64,000 bases of DNA from Macrostomum hystrix (GCA_950097015.1 CATNEN010000039.1:14942001-15006000); one strand, 5' to 3'. Positions 36,501 through 48,567 are shown, counted from the first letter of the stretch. Program-made: numbers and translations. The notes: generated by a model from the letters alone, not told the origin.

Positions 36501-39500
36501 ACGCCAGCCGCGCCCTGACGGCCGTAGAGGCGCGCTACTCGCAGACTGAGCGGGAGGCCCTCGCGGTTAAATTCGGCTGCCTCCGCTTCCGCCACTACCT
36601 CAGCGGCTCACCCGGCTTCCGAGTCGTCACCGATCACAAGCCGCTGGTGCACCTCTTCAAGCCAAATTCCCGGCCGCCTCCGAGGATCGAAAGAATGGCA
36701 CTGAGCATCCAGGACCTGGTGTTCGAGACAACATAAAGGCCAGGCCCGTCCAACCCCAGCGATGTCCTGAGCCGGCAACCAAGCGGGCCCTCAGCAGTCG
36801 CTGCAGTCGGTGAGTCCAGGGACACTAACTTCATTAACAGCATCGCCGAAGCCACCACCCCGAAGGGACTCTCGCTGCAGCAGATCAAGGAGGCGACGGC
36901 AAGAGACGAAGCGCTGCGGGCAGCCATCGCGGCCCTCCGCGGTGGCGACTGGGACCTTCGAGACGCAACGCTGCGGTCCCTGCATGCGCTGAAGCAGGAG
37001 CTGTCCGCAACCGACGGGGTCTTGCTACGAGGACACCGGATTGTCGTCCCCGAGGCTCTACGACAGGCAGTGCTGCGCCTAGCGCACCAAGGACACCAGG
37101 GAGACAAGAAGACACAGGCCAGACTGTCCGCGAAGGTCTGGTGGCCAGGCATGGTTGGAGAAGCGCGGCGCATGTGCGACACCTGTCTGCCGTGCCAAGC
37201 AGCGAGCCATCGAGCGGCAGTCCCGGCGGCTCCGCTGCAAGCCACGCCGCTGCCGCCGTATGCCTGGCACACTCTGGGCATCGACTTCACCGGACCGGTG
37301 CAAAACCGGCACCTGCTGGTCATTGTGGACCACTTCTCCCGGTATCCAATCGTCATCAGCATGTCGTCCATGACTGCTGAGGCCGTCACCAAGCAGCTGC
37401 GAAAACTTTTCGCCACGTTCGGCAGGCCGACCCAGCTCGTGTCCGACAACGGGCCGCCGTTCAGTTCGCAAGCGTTCCGCGACTACCTCGGCAGCAGCGG
37501 CGCCAGCAGCGCCACCAGAGGCGCCTACAGCGCTGCTACCGGCGCCACCCCTGGCGCAGCCACGGACGGCGGGAGGCCGTGCATCGCCGCCGAACGTCTC
37601 GAGGTGCCCACTGCCGCGCGCGTGTAAAATCAGTCGACTGTGACTCTTTTGCGGTACTCAAAAGAACGGTACTCAATATGCCGTTCTAATCACTACTTTC
37701 GCATCATCGTGAACAATACTTGTCATTCATTTGCCATGCCAACAATTTAATACTTACTTTTATTCCTTGTTGGGGGGTGGGAGCGCCTGTTTTACCTTAT
37801 TCAAGTTTCGTCTTTGTGGCCACCCTGCTCGTGTTAATCTCCTATTTTAATTTCATTTTGGGAACGATGTAAGACTTGCGTACATGTACTTCGCCCCGCA
37901 TTGCGTCAGCTTGCTCCAGCCAATCAATACCTCTTACGTCTTGTGCGCGCACTCAGCACTTTCAACTCTCACCTGTCGTACCCCCACCCCAATTATCGAT
38001 CCATTAAATATATATTGTCGCCCGCGGGGCAGCGCTCAGTTGAGCATATTTTCGACCACAAATCAAAGACTCTACAACTGTATCATCAGTGGGTCACAGC
38101 CCATCACTGTATCATCAGTGGGTCACAGCCCATCGCTGTATCATCAGTGGGTCACAGCCCATCACTGTATCATCAGTGGGTCACAGCCCATCACTGTATC
38201 ATCAGTGGGTCACAGCCCATCACTGTATCATCAGTGGGTCACAGCCCATCAATGTCTCTTCAGTGGGTCACAGCCCATCAATGTCTCATCAGTGGGTCAC
38301 AGCCCATCACTGTATCATCAGTGGGTCACAGCCCATCACTGTATCATCAGTGGGTCACAGCCCATCACTGTATCATCAGTGGGTCACAGCCCATCACTGT
38401 ATCATCAGTGGGTCACAGCCCATCACTGTATCATCAGTGGGTCACAGCCCATCACTGTATCATCAGTGGGTCACAGCCCATCACTGTATCATCAGTGGGT
38501 CACAGCCCATCACTGTATCATCAGTGGGTCACAGCCCATCACTGTATCATCAGTGGGTCACAGCCCATCACTGTATCATCAGTGGGTCACAGCCCATCAC
38601 TGTATCATCAGTGGGTCACAGCCCATCACTGTATCATCAGTGGGTCACAGCCCATCACTGTATCATCAGTGGGTCACAGCCCATCACTGTATCATCAGTG
38701 GGTCACAGCCCATCACTGTATCATCAGTGGGTCACAGCCCATCACTGTATCATCAGTGGGTCACAGCCCATCAATGTCTCTTCAGTGGGTCACAGCCCAT
38801 CAATGTCTCATCAGTGGGTCACAGCCCATCACTGTATCATCAGTGGGTCACAGCCCATCACTGTATCATCAGTGGGTCACAGCCCATCACTGTATCATCA
38901 GTGGGTCACAGCCCATCAATGTCTCTTCAGTGGGTCACAGCCCATCAATGTCTCATCAGTGGGTCACAGCCCATCACTGTATCATCAGTGGGTCACAGCC
39001 CATCACTGTATCATCAGTGGGTCACAGCCCATCACTGTATCATCAGTGGGTCACAGCCCATCACTGTATCATCAGTGGGTCACAGCCCATAAACTCCAAC
39101 AATGTAACCTTCTTCAGAGATGCAAAACAACACAATGGCCTGCTGCATCGTTGTGCTAATCTGCGTGATCACTTCAATTATTACTGGCACTATCGGTGTC
39201 CTAGCCAAGATTGTGCCTTCAATCATGGTAACTGGCGTGCTTCATCTAACGGCTGGTGAGCTAGTGGGTCTTTCTGTGCTCTTAGGATTTTGCTGAGAGA
39301 CGTGAAAACTTTGTTTAAGATGAACTGAATCAACGCGCTTAGCTCCAACCATCAAACAGGCATCTTCGTGATATTCAGCAACTCAATCGAGCACGAGAAG
39401 GCCTCGCGTATGACTCGCCGACCGCAGATCGATGAATGCCCTCAGTGCGTCTGCTACAACCTGGTCAAAACTCCTGAGCAGGTGCGAAGGAAAAAATGTG

Positions 39501-42500
39501 GATTTGAAGAGAGCAGGTGGTGTTAAATTAATAAGGGATTATTTCTCTATTTTTTTTATTACATGAGCCAAATTAAAGTACAAAACTATTGATTTTTAGT
39601 CAGGACCTTAAAGGAAAAATAGGTTTGGTATCGCCCTAGGTTACCAAATATGTGATTATGCTGCCATCCAGTTACAGGGGATGTTTGTACAGTGGATGTT
39701 TGTACTGTGGATGCTTGTACTGTAGCGGACCTAAAAGCGAAGATTTCGGCCAGTACTTTGCCAGGCCACTTGACCATCGTTTCCCCAAACCCTTGTTGAC
39801 TTAGTTATCGTCTATGGTCCTTAGTCTGACGCACAGTTGCGACTTAGATGAAGGCACTTGTCGCGCGAGTTTTGTTGTTTAACTTTCTGCTCGCAAGCTA
39901 GAGAGCTACCCACAAATATATGCTAGAGTTCTGATCCTCTACATTGGTGAGCCCGACGTCCTCAACCGACTGCTTGAGGATGACCGAATCTGCTGTCACC
40001 GTGAAGCTTCCAGCGTTTTGGACTTCACAACCACGCGCCTGGTTCATCCAAGCCGAGGCGCAGTTTAGCCTCCGGAACGTCACCCTAGATACGACTAAGT
40101 ACTGCCATCTAGTGGCGGCATTGGACCAGCAAACAGCAGAGCGTCTCCTAGATGTGCTCGAGAACTCCCCCGATGCCCAGAAATACGAAAAGCTAAAGGC
40201 CCGCCTTCTCAACACCTACAGCCTTTCACGACAGCAGCGTGCCAGCCAGTTATTGAGCATGTCGGGGTTGGGCGACAGGAAACCGTCCCAGCTCATGGAC
40301 GAAATGCTCGCTTTGCTCGGCGACCACCGGCCCTGCTTGCTGTTTGAGGAGTTGTTTCGCCAACAGCTTCCAAGCGACATCCGATTGGTGCTGGTGTCCG
40401 CCGATTTCGCCGATCCAAGGGCGGTCGCACAACGTGCCGACGAGCTGTGGGCCTGCCGCCCCCAGCCGGTGATCGCCACCGCCCAGCTGGCTGAACAACT
40501 GCCCTTAGTCGCTGCTGCGCAACACCGCCGCGACGACAGACGTCGACCCATCCGACATCCACCCTCTGACGAGCAACACGACTTTTGTTTCTTCCATCGC
40601 AAGTTCGGTGCCAAGGCCCGCCGTTGCGAGCCACCCTGCAAGTTCCAGGGAAACGGCCAGGCCGGTCGTCAATAAACACCTCGACGACCGGCGAGAACAA
40701 CAATCTTTTGCTTATCCCGGACATACACACAGGTCGGCGTTTTCTAGTGGATACCGGTGCAGAAGTGAGTCTTTTTCCTGCATCCGGGGTTGATGCGCGT
40801 ACAATCACCCCGGGACCACCGCTCCTCGCCGCCAACGGCAGCCCGATCCGTACATTTGGCAGTCGCACCATCACTCTCGACCTTGGCGTTCGAACCTGCA
40901 CCTGGCCTTTCATTCTTGCCGAAGTGTCGCGCCCCCTCATCGGCGCTGATTTCCTGTTACACCACGGACTGTTGGTCGACTTACCTAACCGCCGCCTGCT
41001 GGACTCCCACTCACTGGCCAGCACACATCTGCTCCTCGGTTGCGGCACAGCACCTCGGCTGGCGGCCGCCGTCGCCCGCGACCCGTACAGTACGTTGCTG
41101 GCGGAGTTTCCGTCGCTCACGGAGCCGAGTTTTCAACGGGCACAACCACGCCACGGCGTCGAACATTTCATTCAGACGCAAGGCCCCCAAACCCATGCCC
41201 GCGCACGCCGCCTAGCACCCGACAAGTTGGCCATAGCTAAAGCGGAATTCCGTACCCTGGAACAGCTCGGCATCATTCGTCGGTCCGACAGCCCCTGGTC
41301 ATCACCGCTCCACATGGTGCCGAAGTCGTCTGGAGGCTGGCGTCCCTGTGGCGATTTCCGACGGCTCAATGGCGCCACTGTACCCGATCGTTACCCGGTA
41401 CCGAACATTCAGGATTTTTCCGCGCACCTGGCCGGCAGTACCATTTTCTCAAAGATTGACCTGGTCCGAGGCTACCACCAGATACCAGTGGCGGAAATTG
41501 ACATCCCTGAAACGGCCATCATCACACCGTTTGGACTCTTTGAGTTCCTCCGCATGCCTTTCGGACTCAAGAACGCTGCACAGACATTCCAGCGACTCGT
41601 GGACTCTATCAGCCAGGATTTGCCTTTCGTTTTCGCCTACTTGGACGATTTCCTAGTGGCCAGCAGCGACCAAACGCAGCACGTGGAGCACCTGCGCACC
41701 TTGTTCCGCCGCCTAGTCGACAACGGTCTGCTGTTGAATCCGGCCAAATGCCAGTTCGGACGTACCGAGATCGATTTCTTGGGCCACAGAATCAATCAAA
41801 GCGGCGCCTGGCCTCTGCCAGACAAGGTCGATGCGGTCATCAAGTTTGCACCTCCGACCACAATCAAAGGCTTGCAAGAATTCGCCGGTATGGTGAACTT
41901 CTACCACCGATTTGTTCCACATGCCGCCCAGTTGCTACGCCCCATTTACGCCGCCATTGCCAGTAAGAGCCGACTTGTGTAGTGGACGCCCAGTCTACTC
42001 GATGCTTTCACCGCCACCAAACAGGCCCTAGCTCAGTCCACTTTACTGGCACACCCTAGGCCCACTGCGCAGACGGCCTTGACCGTCGACGCCTCGGACA
42101 CGGCCGTTGGCGCGGTCTTGGAACAGCGAATTGCTGGCGGGTGGCAACCACTCGCCTTTTTCAGCCGAAAATTGCGTCCCGCGGAACAGAAATACAGTGC
42201 GTTCGACCGGGAGTTACTGGCGCTATATTTGGCCACACGGCACTTCCGTTATTTCCTCGAAGGACGCGTTTTCACAATCTACACGGATCACAAGCCGCTG
42301 ACATCCGCGATGTCCAAGTTAGCGGATCCTTGGTCCGCACGACAACAGCGGCATCTAGCGTCAGTGTCGGAGTTCAGCACGGACATTCGACACGTCGCCG
42401 GTAAGGACAACTCAGTTGCAGACGCTCTATCCCGTTGCACAGTAGCAAGTGTGCACACATTGTTGCCAGGAGTGGACTATGCGGCATTGGCGAAAGAGCA

Positions 42501-44957
42501 GCACCAGCTGGTAATGCCGACGGCGACTCCCAGTCTCAAGCTCGAGCTCGTCACCATGCATCCTGATTTGGAATTGCTTTGTGACATGTCGACAGGGCGC
42601 CCGCGCCCGTTGGTGCCAGTGAGTTTCCGTCGTGCCGTTTTCGATGCTGTCCACGGATTAGCCCATCCCTCCATCCGCAGCACTCGTCGCCTCATCGCAG
42701 CTAAATTCGTCTGGCCCGGTCTCAACCGAGACGTGAGCCAATGGGCTCGCTGTTGCCTTCCGTGCCAACAAGCCAAGGTCCATCGGCATAACACGACAAC
42801 GCCGGACATAATCCCGGTACCGACCAGCCGTTTCGCCCACGTCCACATCGACCTTGTTGGTCCCCTGCCGCAGTCCCACGGGTTCACGCACCTGCTGACG
42901 ATGGTCGACCGTTTTACGCGCTGGCCTGAGGCGATACCCATCACTGACACGTCCGCCAGCGCCTGTGCATCCGTTTTCATTTCTACCTGGATCGCTCGAT
43001 TCGGAGTCCCCAGTGACATCACCACCGACAGGGGCCCGAATTTACCTCCGAACTGTGGACCGCCGTTTCCAAACTGCTCGGCATGCACGTGCATCACACC
43101 ACAGCGTTTCACCCGCAGTCCAACGGTTTAGTCGAGCGTTTCCATCGCCAGCTCAAAGCGTCACTCATGGCACGCCTTTCCAGTCCGAACTGGACGGACG
43201 AGTTGCCGTGGGTCCTGTTGGGCATCCGGACGGCACCCAAAGAGGACCTTCACTCGTCGTCGGCCGAGTTGGTGTATGGCGCCCCGTTGCTTTTGCCTGG
43301 CGAGTGCATACAGGTTGGCCCACCAGCACTGCACAGCACGTTCCTCACCAACCTGCGCGCCGCCATTCAAGCTTTCCGTCCTCAGCCGACCGTCCCACAT
43401 GGCAACCGACAGGCATCGGAGTTGGGCGCCCTGGCTACATGCCCCTTTGTGTTCATCCGCCGGGATGGCTACCGCGCGCCGTTCCAGAAACCATACACCG
43501 GACCTTTCCGAGTCCTTCAGCGCTACACCAAGACTTTCCTTCTCGATCTCGGCACGCGTCAGGACCATGTTTCCGTGGACCGGCTAAAGCCAGCGGTCCT
43601 AGACCCGTCCGATCCCGTCCCACCGCCGGACATCCGGCGCAGAGGTCGACCCACCCGCTCGTCCGTTCCGTCAACGCACCCTCTACCTGACCCGGGGACG
43701 GAGACCACTACGGAGCACCACCCGTTTGCAAGACCGCCAAGGACCCACCTAGCGACAGGCGAACCGGCGGACCGCCGTTTCCTGCCGCCCCGTCGTTGTC
43801 GCCCGACGCACTTCTCATCGTAGCGCCGTGCTGGGGGAGGGTGATGTAGCGGACCTAAAAGCGAAGATTTCGGCCAGTACTTTGCCAGGCCACTTGACCA
43901 TCGTTTCCCCAAACCCTTGTTGACTTAGTTATCGTCTATGGCCCTTAGTCTGACGCACAGTTGCGACTTAGATGAAGGCACTTGTCGCGCGAGTTTTGTT
44001 GTTTAACTTTCTGCTCGCAAGCTAGAGAGCTACCCACAAATATATGCTAGAGTTCTGATCCTCTACAGTACAGTGGATATTTGTACAGTGGATGTTTGTA
44101 CTGTGGATGCTTGTACAGTGGATGTACAATGAGAACCAATCGAGAGCTGTGCAGAGCAGAGAACACCGGTGCGTGCATTCAGACAGGAGGATACAGACTA
44201 GGGCAGTTTGAGTTGAGTGCTGGGTCGTCGAAAATTATAAGAAATCGACCGATTAAGTCAAGAAGAAACTATTTTGCAATCGACATTGCTGCCAGATCTG
44301 AGATAGATGGGCTTGTAAAGTTGAAAAAAGAACTAGATCGATTTTAGGTCAGAGTATCAAATCTGTAGTTTAATTTAGTGCTTAAAATCAAAGGATTTTG
44401 CTGAGTCTCCTGGTTTATTTAACGATGTGGTCAGAAGAATCATGCAGTGATATTAACAGATCGAAGAACGACCACAGGTACGTCTTTCAAATATCCTATT
44501 TAATATCTCTTTCAAACTATTCAACATATCGCCATGAAAATCCCGAACGAGGCATAACATTTTTCGCTCCATCCGATGAAACAACTTCCAGAATCACAAA
44601 ACATCAGCATATCGCCGAGATATTCAACGTTTCTCATCGGGGTGTCTGGTGGCATAAGCATAATTGTGGCATGATTATTACATTATTGAAAAAACATGGA
44701 GCCGGCATATAGATTAATCCAAAGAAATATTTGTTGTCCTTGTCCTTGTCAGCGTGATGTTTCTACTGGTAATAGTCTAATCTAATATCATTTTTCAACT
44801 AAATTTTCAGTTCTGCAACAGCACCTACCGTACCGTGTCAATCGGTTGGTCCGTGGCCACCTCCTGGGTGTCGGCCTTCCTTTACCTGGCCTCCTCCATC
44901 GCCTGGTTCTACCTGACTCGCCGGGTTCGGATCGACAAATCAAAGTCTATGGTCTAA
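32513..44957 (+). CDS. Claudin-superfamily (PMP22/TMEM178-like) tetraspan protein. Exons 32513-32843, 33727-33873, 39118-39255, 39360-39481, 44811-44957; 294 aa
   Basis: Phase-consistent GT-AG introns; TM1 followed by [13 protein letters not shown] loop motif, TM2/TM3, IGWSVATSW before TM4. Confidence 0.85.
33499..33554. repeat. (GATA)n microsatellite
   Basis: Visible. Confidence 0.98.
33931..38076 (+). mobile_element. Ty3/Gypsy LTR retrotransposon (Mag-like), defective; LTRs 33931-34139 and 37868-38076
   Basis: 209-bp TG...CA LTRs differing at one visible base; 5-bp TSD ACTGT; TGG-initiated PBS at 34141; domain order gag-PR-RT-RH-IN. Confidence 0.96.
34158..37627 (+). pseudogene. gag-pol of the Mag-like element
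   Basis: Two Zn knuckles, protease LIDSGA, RT WVHDD, RNase H DASP...TDHKPL, integrase HHCC, GIDF and SDNGP; TAG at 34917, frameshift in the A-run at ~35132, TAA at 36734, integrase truncated at ~37500. Confidence 0.92.
38077..39090. repeat. 29-bp minisatellite ACTGTATCATCAGTGGGTCACAGCCCATC (~35 copies), intronic; a partial unit lies left of the LTR element at ~33911-33930
   Basis: Visible tandem units. Confidence 0.97.
39980..40675 (+). CDS. Gag (CsRn1-type)
   Basis: VKLPAFW...WFIQAEAQF; CX2HX9CX3C motif [18 protein letters not shown]. Confidence 0.9.
   Translation: MTESAVTVKLPAFWTSQPRAWFIQAEAQFSLRNVTLDTTKYCHLVAALDQQTAERLLDVLENSPDAQKYEKLKARLLNTYSLSRQQRASQLLSMSGLGDRKPSQLMDEMLALLGDHRPCLLFEELFRQQLPSDIRLVLVSADFADPRAVAQRADELWACRPQPVIATAQLAEQLPLVAAAQHRRDDRRRPIRHPPSDEQHDFCFFHRKFGAKARRCEPPCKFQGNGQAGRQ
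40648..40692 (+). promoter_or_regulatory. -1 programmed ribosomal frameshift signal
   Basis: Slippery G_GGA_AAC in the gag frame (40648-40654), 6-nt spacer, perfect 10-bp stem GCCGGTCGTC/GACGACCGGC; pol lies in the -1 frame. Confidence 0.88.
40648..43823 (+). pseudogene. Pol (PR-RT-RH-IN) of the CsRn1-like element, two lesions
   Basis: LVDTGA, YLDD, VDASD...TDHKPL, HIDLVGP, TDRG, NGLVERF, GPY/F module; TAG at 41980-41982 and 1-nt frameshift at ~43038. Confidence 0.92.
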
Positions 44958-46069
44958 GCTGCCCGAACGCTGATTGCTGGCCTCGGATGAATTCTAAAAT
45001 TGGATTTTTTTCTATGAAATATTCGCGCGCTTAGAGCGCCAATATAATAAACCAATAAAAGACTGAAAATAATGTGACGCAGATAAACAACAGTTTTTAT
45101 AAATCGCAGTTTTCTACAGTGCTGCTCTTGTAATTTTCCGTCCTACTTTATTGTATAGTTAATATTATTCTTCATATATTTTGTTATACTCCACTTGTAG
45201 TTCTAACTACCATAGTAATTCGTACCTTACACTTCTAGTAGTCCTTTTAGTATTTGTACAAATTAGCTGGTCTTTGGAATACGAGTCACAAACGAATATT
45301 TTTTTGTGTTTGACCCTACTAAATCAGTGAACTTTTGTTACACGTTGTATCTTCACTTTTTTTAAATAACAACACGTGTCAGCATCGCTTTTTTGCTATT
45401 TTCGATGCTTGTAACAAAACGCGAAAGGCAAACAGTTATTGAATAAGTCAGTCATAAAAATATTTAGCAGAAACTTTTGATTGGTAAAGTTCCTCGTTCT
45501 GAATTAGATTTTTCGTCAATTGCAATGAGTACACATGCTGGTGAGTGTCGCAAAAACAATATTTGCTTTGAAACATGGTTAACAATCATTTTGCGGAATA
45601 ATTATCAATAGAGAAACCAATTTGGTTGTGAAATTTCGCTTCAAATGAAGTTTCCTATTTTGCAAGCGCGGAACGGAACGGATTTGATATGTTTAGCAAA
45701 CTACAACCCCCGTAATAGTTCAAATAGACTTGGACTTATGAATATGATTCTGATTTTATGAATTCGAACAGGTGTGCACATGACATCATTAAACCTAAGC
45801 AAAGAGATTACTGAAAAAAGCTTACTTATTATAACTGATCTAATTCATAGGATGCTTTAATGCTGATCGTGACAGTGACAGTCTTAATGACAAGCTTTCA
45901 ATCAACGAGTTGTTAGCGCTGGGGGGAACTGGGGGGGGTCCCACGCCCCACTAATCCCCAGTCTAGTCTCAAGCAGTTGAATTCTCTGGTTCTAGTAGGG
46001 GCACGAATCTACATTAAAACGCTTTCCTTTGCCTCTAGATAGCGCCAAGGAAACAGTTTTTTTCATATA

Positions 46070-46335
46070 ATAATAATAACAATTAATTTAATAACACCTC
46101 TTATCTGGCCCCAAACGGATCAGATGTGCAGCTGACAGCCAAGCCTGAAAGCTGCGTACGGCTGTTCAGTCCATGGACTGGGGTAACGCCATACCCATCA
46201 AATAGACGAGCTAGTGATCGCACCAATTTAGCAGCCGGGTGAACTGAAGCAATCAGGAGTTGTGTCTTGCTAAATGACAAAATTACTTCCAGTGGAGTCG
46301 TGAATCGAACTCCCGACCTTCAAGTCTTGAAACCG
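46070..46335 (-). mobile_element. tRNA-derived SINE copy
   Basis: Homologous to the 47655 and 48240 copies; B-box GTTCGATTC on the minus strand; (TTA)n-like tail. Confidence 0.7.
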
Positions 46336-46891
46336 CCAATCTGTACAAAATTGTGTTATTACATTTTTAATAACACTTCACAGCCGAAGCTGCAACAGTC
46401 CGTATTGAACCAACAAGTGAGGGCGTATGCGTAATTCAAAACTGCTTCTATTATTCTGAAACGATACAAATAGAAGTATAGGATTATAGAAAACTTTCTT
46501 GTTTGTCGAAAGAATGTAATGGTCTATAGGTCGAGTTACTGTTCAATTTCATTCCTAAATTAAGTTCCAATAGTCACATTTATATTAAAGTAGTAAACAG
46601 CTACTTTGCAGCTGTAGCGTACACGGCTATACAAAATGCTAAGTTGCTATGGTAACTGCACTGTACATTTGATTGCGTACAACTCTTGCTCTAACCCAAG
46701 CAACGCAAGCAAGCTGCACGTGATTCTAAAAATAGCAAGCTATACTTTTGTTCAGCCCACTGCCAAGCTGGCAGTTTCAGCGTCACCACCTCAAGACACA
46801 TAAAAGCTAAGGCAATACTGGCGGCACGAAACCGGCCGATTTAAGGACTTTTCCTACTTGCAAAAAGCTATTATAGACGCCATCAGCAAAC

Positions 46892-47584
46892 ATGGGCCAG
46901 GTCGCGAGTTCGACTCTCATCTGTAGAAGGCCACCCGAGCTAAGAATATTGATCTGCGGCCTGGATGCATCTGGCAAGACTTCAGTTCTGTACAAACTCA
47001 AAACTGGCGATCTCGTCACCACAATCCCAACTATCGGCTTCAATTTGGAGACAATTTTGATTGAGGGGCGAGCCAAGCTGACAATGTGGGACTTGGGCGG
47101 TCGAGATAGGTCGCGCGCTCTGCAGAGCTACTTCTACCAGAATTCGCACGGCGTCTTGTACATGATCGACGGTACTGATCGAGAGCGACTTCCTGATGCC
47201 GTAGACGAGTTAAAGCGGCTGTGCAGTGCCTTGGAAGTCGAAGGACTCGGCGAAATTCCAGTCGCATTGCTGTGCAACAAAGTCGACCTTCGACCAGAGT
47301 TGGTTGCGCAGACCAGCGAAGAGCTTCGCAGTCTGGGACCACAGCTCTCGGGCTCCGTCAGTCACAGGCGAGCGTGTCGCTGCTTCGTTATCTCCGCAGC
47401 CACTGGCGAAGGCCTGCCGGAAGCCATCGAATGGCTGATTGGCCAGGCGCTGCACGAGCTGCCAATCGATGAGGAAGAAGCGAGTCGGGAGCAACAGGCT
47501 GCGGTCAGCAAAGCCGAGGACTCGACGTACTGGGACTGGCGGGGCAAGCTGTACACCCTGGTGAAGTCTGCAATGCTGCGCTAA
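46892..47584 (+). CDS. Arf/Arl-family small GTPase, atypical, intronless, 230 aa
   Basis: MGxxxS myristoylation motif, G1 GLDASGKT, G2 PTIGFN, G3 WDLGG, G4 NKVD, G5 SA. Confidence 0.92.
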   Translation: MGQVASSTLICRRPPELRILICGLDASGKTSVLYKLKTGDLVTTIPTIGFNLETILIEGRAKLTMWDLGGRDRSRALQSYFYQNSHGVLYMIDGTDRERLPDAVDELKRLCSALEVEGLGEIPVALLCNKVDLRPELVAQTSEELRSLGPQLSGSVSHRRACRCFVISAATGEGLPEAIEWLIGQALHELPIDEEEASREQQAAVSKAEDSTYWDWRGKLYTLVKSAMLR

Positions 47585-47654
47585 TGTACTTTAGTGAAGT
47601 TTGTAAGCAGAAGCGACTATCGATTTGAATAGATTAATTTTCTTCAACTGCAAG

Positions 47655-47822
47655 CTCTGCACGGCTGTTCAGTCCATGGACTGGTGGGACGCCACACCCA
47701 ACCTCATTACCGAGCTAATGCTAGTACAGTCTTGCTAAAAGGACCCGAATTGTTCCAGTGGAGTCCGGAGTCGAACTCCCAACCTTAGAGTCTTGAGTCT
47801 GATGCTCTAATCCCTAGACTAA
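47655..47822 (-). mobile_element. tRNA-derived SINE copy, internally deleted
   Basis: Shares ACGGCTGTTCAGTCCATGGA and TTCCAGTGGAGTC...TCGAAC with the other copies. Confidence 0.7.
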
Positions 47823-48239
47823 AAGCCCTACAACCACCCTTTAATTAGCACAGGAGTAATATCAAACACAAAATTTCATGGCTTTACTACATGCAAGACA
47901 ATTGAAGACACTTATTATTATTACTTAAATAATGTGCGGATGTAAATCGGCTGCAAATCACTAAATAAATATCACGATCACAAGCATGTACAGTAAAAAA
48001 TATCTTATCGTACACTATTTCTGGCATTCTAATTGTTTTGGATTCTTTTACAGCCAATTAAACTTTCAAGGCCCAGTAAACTGTTGAGTCAGAATCTCTA
48101 TTTGATATTGTGAAACTATTTTATAGTCATTTTAGTGACACTTTAGAATTTGATGTAGCAGGATAATAAAGAATGTCGGAACAGTTAATTTTACAAGTTT
48201 ATTAATTAAGATCTATAATAATAATTGATAATAATATAA

Positions 48240-48478
48240 TAATAACAGCCGCAGCTATTGCGCGGCGCATCTGAAGGCTGCGTACGGCTGTCCAGTCCAT
48301 GGACGCCACACCCACACTGAATTATCCCAGCTGATGCTGGTACCCATTTAACAGCTGGGTGAACTAAAGCAATGCAGAGTTAAGTGCCTTGCCGAAGGAA
48401 ACAAATTGTTCCAGTGGAGTCGGGAATCGAACCCCCGACCTTCAAGTCATGAGTCTGACGCTCTAACCAATAGGCTAC
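48240..48478 (-). mobile_element. tRNA-derived SINE with CORE-like central domain (best copy)
   Basis: Minus strand TAGCCTATTGG (A box)...GGTTCGATTCC (B box), then CCTTCGGCAAGGCACTTAAC...CACCCAGCTGTTAAATGGGTACC; TTA-repeat tail. Confidence 0.8.
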
Positions 48479-48567
48479 AACCTAACGGCTACAACACAAA
48501 AAACACTACCTTCAGGTAAGGGTAAAGCGTAAAGAGTAACGCCAAGAGTTGCTTTAGCTTAAAGCAC

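Larger units (their letters stand above)
39721..44067 (+). mobile_element. Ty3/Gypsy LTR retrotransposon, CsRn1 clade; LTRs 39721-39943 and 43845-44067
   Basis: 223-bp LTRs with one visible mismatch; 4-bp TSD GTAC; tRNA-Trp-type PBS TGGTGAGCCCGACGT; PPT GGGGGAGGGTGA; CHCC Gag motif. Confidence 0.97.
39678..44128. repeat. 16-bp tandem repeat GGATG(T/C)TTGTAC(A/T)GT split by the CsRn1-like element (39678-39720 and 44068-44128)
   Basis: Same unit on both flanks of the LTR element. Confidence 0.85.

Noticed and set aside
38077-39090. CTGATGA per unit on the minus strand (hammerhead or C/D-box motif)
   Set aside because: No GAAA partner and no box C/D spacing or terminal stem.
37884-39259. Three long plus-strand ORFs (356-452 aa)
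   Set aside because: Translation of the LTR plus the 29-bp minisatellite; only 39118-39255 is a real exon, and in a frame set by splicing.
48410-48478. tRNA gene
   Set aside because: A/B boxes are present but it continues into a repeated SINE body with no complete acceptor stem or Pol III terminator; it is a SINE head.
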